From an uncultured virus (IMG/VR IMGVR_UViG_3300016471_000493) (Duplodnaviria > Heunggongvirae > Uroviricota > Caudoviricetes): DNA of 64,000 bases. The DNA lies in IMG/VR virus record IMGVR_UViG_3300016471_000493; one strand, 5' to 3'. Within the stretch, counting starts at the first letter, position 1; every line of letters starts with the position of its first letter. The notes under the pieces are model-generated. The model made no database searches and was not told where the DNA came from. It saw only the letters and a program-made list of their open reading frames with translations. A program made the position numbers and the translations under genes. Below are positions 61,438 through 64,000 of the stretch, in pieces.

Positions 61438-61662
61438 TGAACTACCCAACCACAGAAGATGGTTGGGATTCTGAAACTACGTTCAGAATTTTAAACGTTT
61501 CATTGATTGTGCCAACAATAGTTGGTCTTATTTCATCTCCACGTCTGTAATCGTCAGTTCCTGACGATGTTTGTTTATATCCTTTAATTTGGATGTTTTT
61601 CATTTGGTTTTTTTTAGTCAATTTACACCTTTCATCCCATCGGCTGAAGAGTGATGGGGTTT
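61438..61662 (-). mobile_element. internally deleted IS200/IS605 element retaining both end hairpins and the tnpB 3' tail/omega-RNA region
   Basis: 53-aa ORF 61603-61442 (MKNI..KGYK.TSSGTDDYRRGDEIRP...SVVG) resembles a TnpB C-tail; right-end hairpin ends GGGTAGTTCA; left-end hairpin at 61631-61662. Confidence 0.72.
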
Positions 61663-61754
61663 AATATAAATATCTCATTCATAATAAAATCAACAAAGTT
61701 ATAATTATTCTACCTATTCTAGACACAAAAATAAATAATAGCTTTCAAAAAAAA

Positions 61755-61785
61755 TTGACACTGAATCGTAAATTACTATATTTAT
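61755..61785 (+). promoter_or_regulatory. promoter for the methyltransferase
   Basis: TTGACA-N16-TATATTTAT, identical layout to the tmRNA promoter. Confidence 0.6.
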
Positions 61786-61792
61786 TAAAAAA

Positions 61793-62806
61793 ATGACTGA
61801 TAAATTAAAAATAGTTTCATTATTTTCAGGATATGGAACACAAGAATTGGCATTAAAATATATCGGAGTGAATTATGAGGTTATTGCTAACTGTGATAAT
61901 TTTAACCAAGCAAATGAATGTTATGATGTTTTACACCAAACCTCTAACGGTAATCTTGGTGATATCAAACTGATAAAAGAGAATGAATTTCCTAATTGTG
62001 ACTTTTTGACATACTCTTTTCCGTGTGTTGATGTTTCAATTTCAGGTAAACAACAAGGAATCAAAGAAGGTACAAGAAGTGGTTTATTATTTGATGTGGA
62101 AAGAATTTTATCAGTGAATAGACCGAAATACCTTTTAATGGAAAATGTAAAGAACCTAATATCTAAAAAACATATTAAATCATTTGAAAACCACATTCTT
62201 TTTCTGAAACAATTAGGATATAGTTCTTTTTGGAAATTATTAAATGGTGCTGATTTTGGTTGTCCACAAAACAGAGAAAGAATTTTTATGATGTCTGTTC
62301 TAAATGGTGATCTAGAAGACGTTAAACAAAAGATGATGAATGTTGATAAGTATAAAAAAACTAGAGTACCAATGTCTTTGTTCGTTGAGGAAACTAATGA
62401 CTCATCATTGTTTATCAATTGTCCATTCACATTACACAAAACAAAACAAAACACTGTCTGTAAGTTAGCCGCTAGACGAAATGATATTAATTATGATCAA
62501 ACAAAACGGATTTACTCTATAGATGCTTGTTCACCTTGTTTAACCACTAGTGGGTCTCCACAAATTATGACACGGGATGGTAGAGTAAGAACACTTACCG
62601 CAAGAGAGGGGTATAGATTTATGGGTGTCCATGATCAAGATATCGATAAACTATTAACAACATCTTTATCAACTAGAGCTCACATTTCATTAGCAGGTAA
62701 TTCGATATGTGTTCCAGTTATGGAAGTAATCTTTAAAGAATTTTTCTACGAATACATTCAAGAACCTACAATGTCTGATACTATTACAGAAATCGTTGAA
62801 GTTTGA
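61793..62806 (+). CDS. DNA (cytosine-5) methyltransferase
   Basis: SLFSGYG, FPC, ENV, PQNRER, AGNSI. Confidence 0.93.
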   Translation: MTDKLKIVSLFSGYGTQELALKYIGVNYEVIANCDNFNQANECYDVLHQTSNGNLGDIKLIKENEFPNCDFLTYSFPCVDVSISGKQQGIKEGTRSGLLFDVERILSVNRPKYLLMENVKNLISKKHIKSFENHILFLKQLGYSSFWKLLNGADFGCPQNRERIFMMSVLNGDLEDVKQKMMNVDKYKKTRVPMSLFVEETNDSSLFINCPFTLHKTKQNTVCKLAARRNDINYDQTKRIYSIDACSPCLTTSGSPQIMTRDGRVRTLTAREGYRFMGVHDQDIDKLLTTSLSTRAHISLAGNSICVPVMEVIFKEFFYEYIQEPTMSDTITEIVEV

Positions 62807-62816
62807 TTTTTTTACA

Positions 62817-62862
62817 TGAACTATCAAACCACTAAAGATAGTTTGGTTTCTTGTGGGTATTA
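62817..62862 (-). mobile_element. IS605-type right-end hairpin fragment
   Basis: TGAACTATCAAACCACTAAAGATAGTTTGG resembles 61438 TGAACTACCCAACCACAGAAGATGGTTGGG. Confidence 0.55.
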
Positions 62863-62874
62863 ATTAAAATTTAC

Positions 62875-64000
62875 TTACAAATCAGCTAATCTGTCAGAAA
62901 GGTAAGAATTAAACTCACTATCATCACACCATGGACTCCAACGACTATCTATAGAGAATGAAGGTTGTTTAATTATATTTTTGTAGTAGTCAAAAAGATA
63001 GTCTAGAAATAATTCTAACGAAGTTTCATTTGCACTCTCCATAGATTCTGCAATCTCATCCAAATCAGAATTTTCTAAAAATGGTAGTAAATCAAAACCA
63101 TTTATTTTTAATTTAACCCCAGTGTCGTTCATTTCAACCACTTCCCCGTATTGACTCAAAGCACTTTTCAACGTGTCATAATAATGGTCATAAGTTGCGA
63201 CCTCTTCACAATCATTCCTTGCTGAATTCATAGCACTTTTTATATCTACCAAATCATTAAATTCCTCAATAGCCTCTTCTAACTCTTCAGGAATTTCTTC
63301 AATACTATGTTCATTTGCGGTTTTTCTGATTATACCCCAAATAGTTTCTGCATTTTTTTCACTAACATCGTCTATAAGATCACTCAGGGAATAATCATAA
63401 TAGTCATAATGACCCCAAAAGTCTCCACTCAAAAGTGTTTCAAAAAACCCAACTTGGATTATTCTACCACTTGGAGTTGTTCTTCTTCTTTCTGTCCAAT
63501 CCCCATCGACATAATCTTTCACATTTTCTGGGTCGATAGAAATTTCAAATGTAAGATCTTTACCTTCAAATGGACTTTTATCAATCAATCCCATTTTGTT
63601 AAGTTTATATTTTGTAATAAATCCATCGAAAAAGTCAGGTCTTTGGGACATTAAGGTGTTTATTTGGTCTTTGGAAAGATCCCAAATTTGGAAATCTGTT
63701 TCAGGTCTATATTCACTTTTAAATTTATTTATAAAATATTCCGAGTCATTATCAGGAACAGGGTTTTTCAAAGTAAGAAGTGGAAGTATGTATTTGATAT
63801 ATTCTTCATCAGGTTTGGAATTTTTGGGTCCTTTCATTTGAATCACAACACCATCATTATCAATTGCCGCGGTAACGTGACTTCGGTTTATTGTAAATTT
63901 ATCTGATAATTTTTGAAACGATCTTAAAGAATATAGATTAGCTCTAGACCTACCACAATGACCCATTCGTTCACATTCTTCAGGTGAGTTATTAGTTCCC
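62875..64000 (-). CDS. PcfJ-like domain protein, 5' truncated by window edge
   Basis: Frame open to 64000; ECERMGHCG...LYSLR...HVTA...QMKG.KNSKP. Confidence 0.6.
   Translation of the reverse strand, partial: GTNNSPEECERMGHCGRSRANLYSLRSFQKLSDKFTINRSHVTAAIDNDGVVIQMKGPKNSKPDEEYIKYILPLLTLKNPVPDNDSEYFINKFKSEYRPETDFQIWDLSKDQINTLMSQRPDFFDGFITKYKLNKMGLIDKSPFEGKDLTFEISIDPENVKDYVDGDWTERRRTTPSGRIIQVGFFETLLSGDFWGHYDYYDYSLSDLIDDVSEKNAETIWGIIRKTANEHSIEEIPEELEEAIEEFNDLVDIKSAMNSARNDCEEVATYDHYYDTLKSALSQYGEVVEMNDTGVKLKINGFDLLPFLENSDLDEIAESMESANETSLELFLDYLFDYYKNIIKQPSFSIDSRWSPWCDDSEFNSYLSDRLADL

Overview
An AT-rich segment of a large T4-like (jumbo) phage genome. The host is very probably a Bacteroidota member: promoters match TTTG-N19/20-TAnnTTTG, SD sequences are generally absent, and there is a T9SS C-terminal sorting domain and a Bacteroidota-type bS21. 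Order along the window: (1) glycan/nucleotide-sugar cluster, 1-9 kb; (2) sigma-like factor and baseplate/virion genes; (3) head module (major capsid, scaffold, prohead protease, portal, large terminase) with ribosomal protein bS21 embedded on the opposite strand; (4) proteostasis block (DnaK, ClpC lacking its N-domain, M28 peptidase, tmRNA with a long atypical tag); (5) candidate lysis genes, a DUF6915/DUF6878 module, many putative head-packaged proteins and a GH19 endolysin; (6) an 8-gene envelope operon (CsgG-like lipoprotein, beta-barrel, PA14/dockerin-like protein, cohesin/dockerin/T9SS protein); (7) SET protein, C5 methyltransferase and IS200/IS605-derived mini-elements. The best unannotated signals are an ~80-nt sRNA at 45.97-46.05 kb, with its own promoter and terminator, whose loop is complementary over 18 nt to the start-codon region of the first gene of the envelope operon 11.5 kb away; that operon itself; and a TnpB-less IS605 remnant retaining an omega-RNA-like scaffold. 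All family assignments come from motif recognition by eye; no searches were run.
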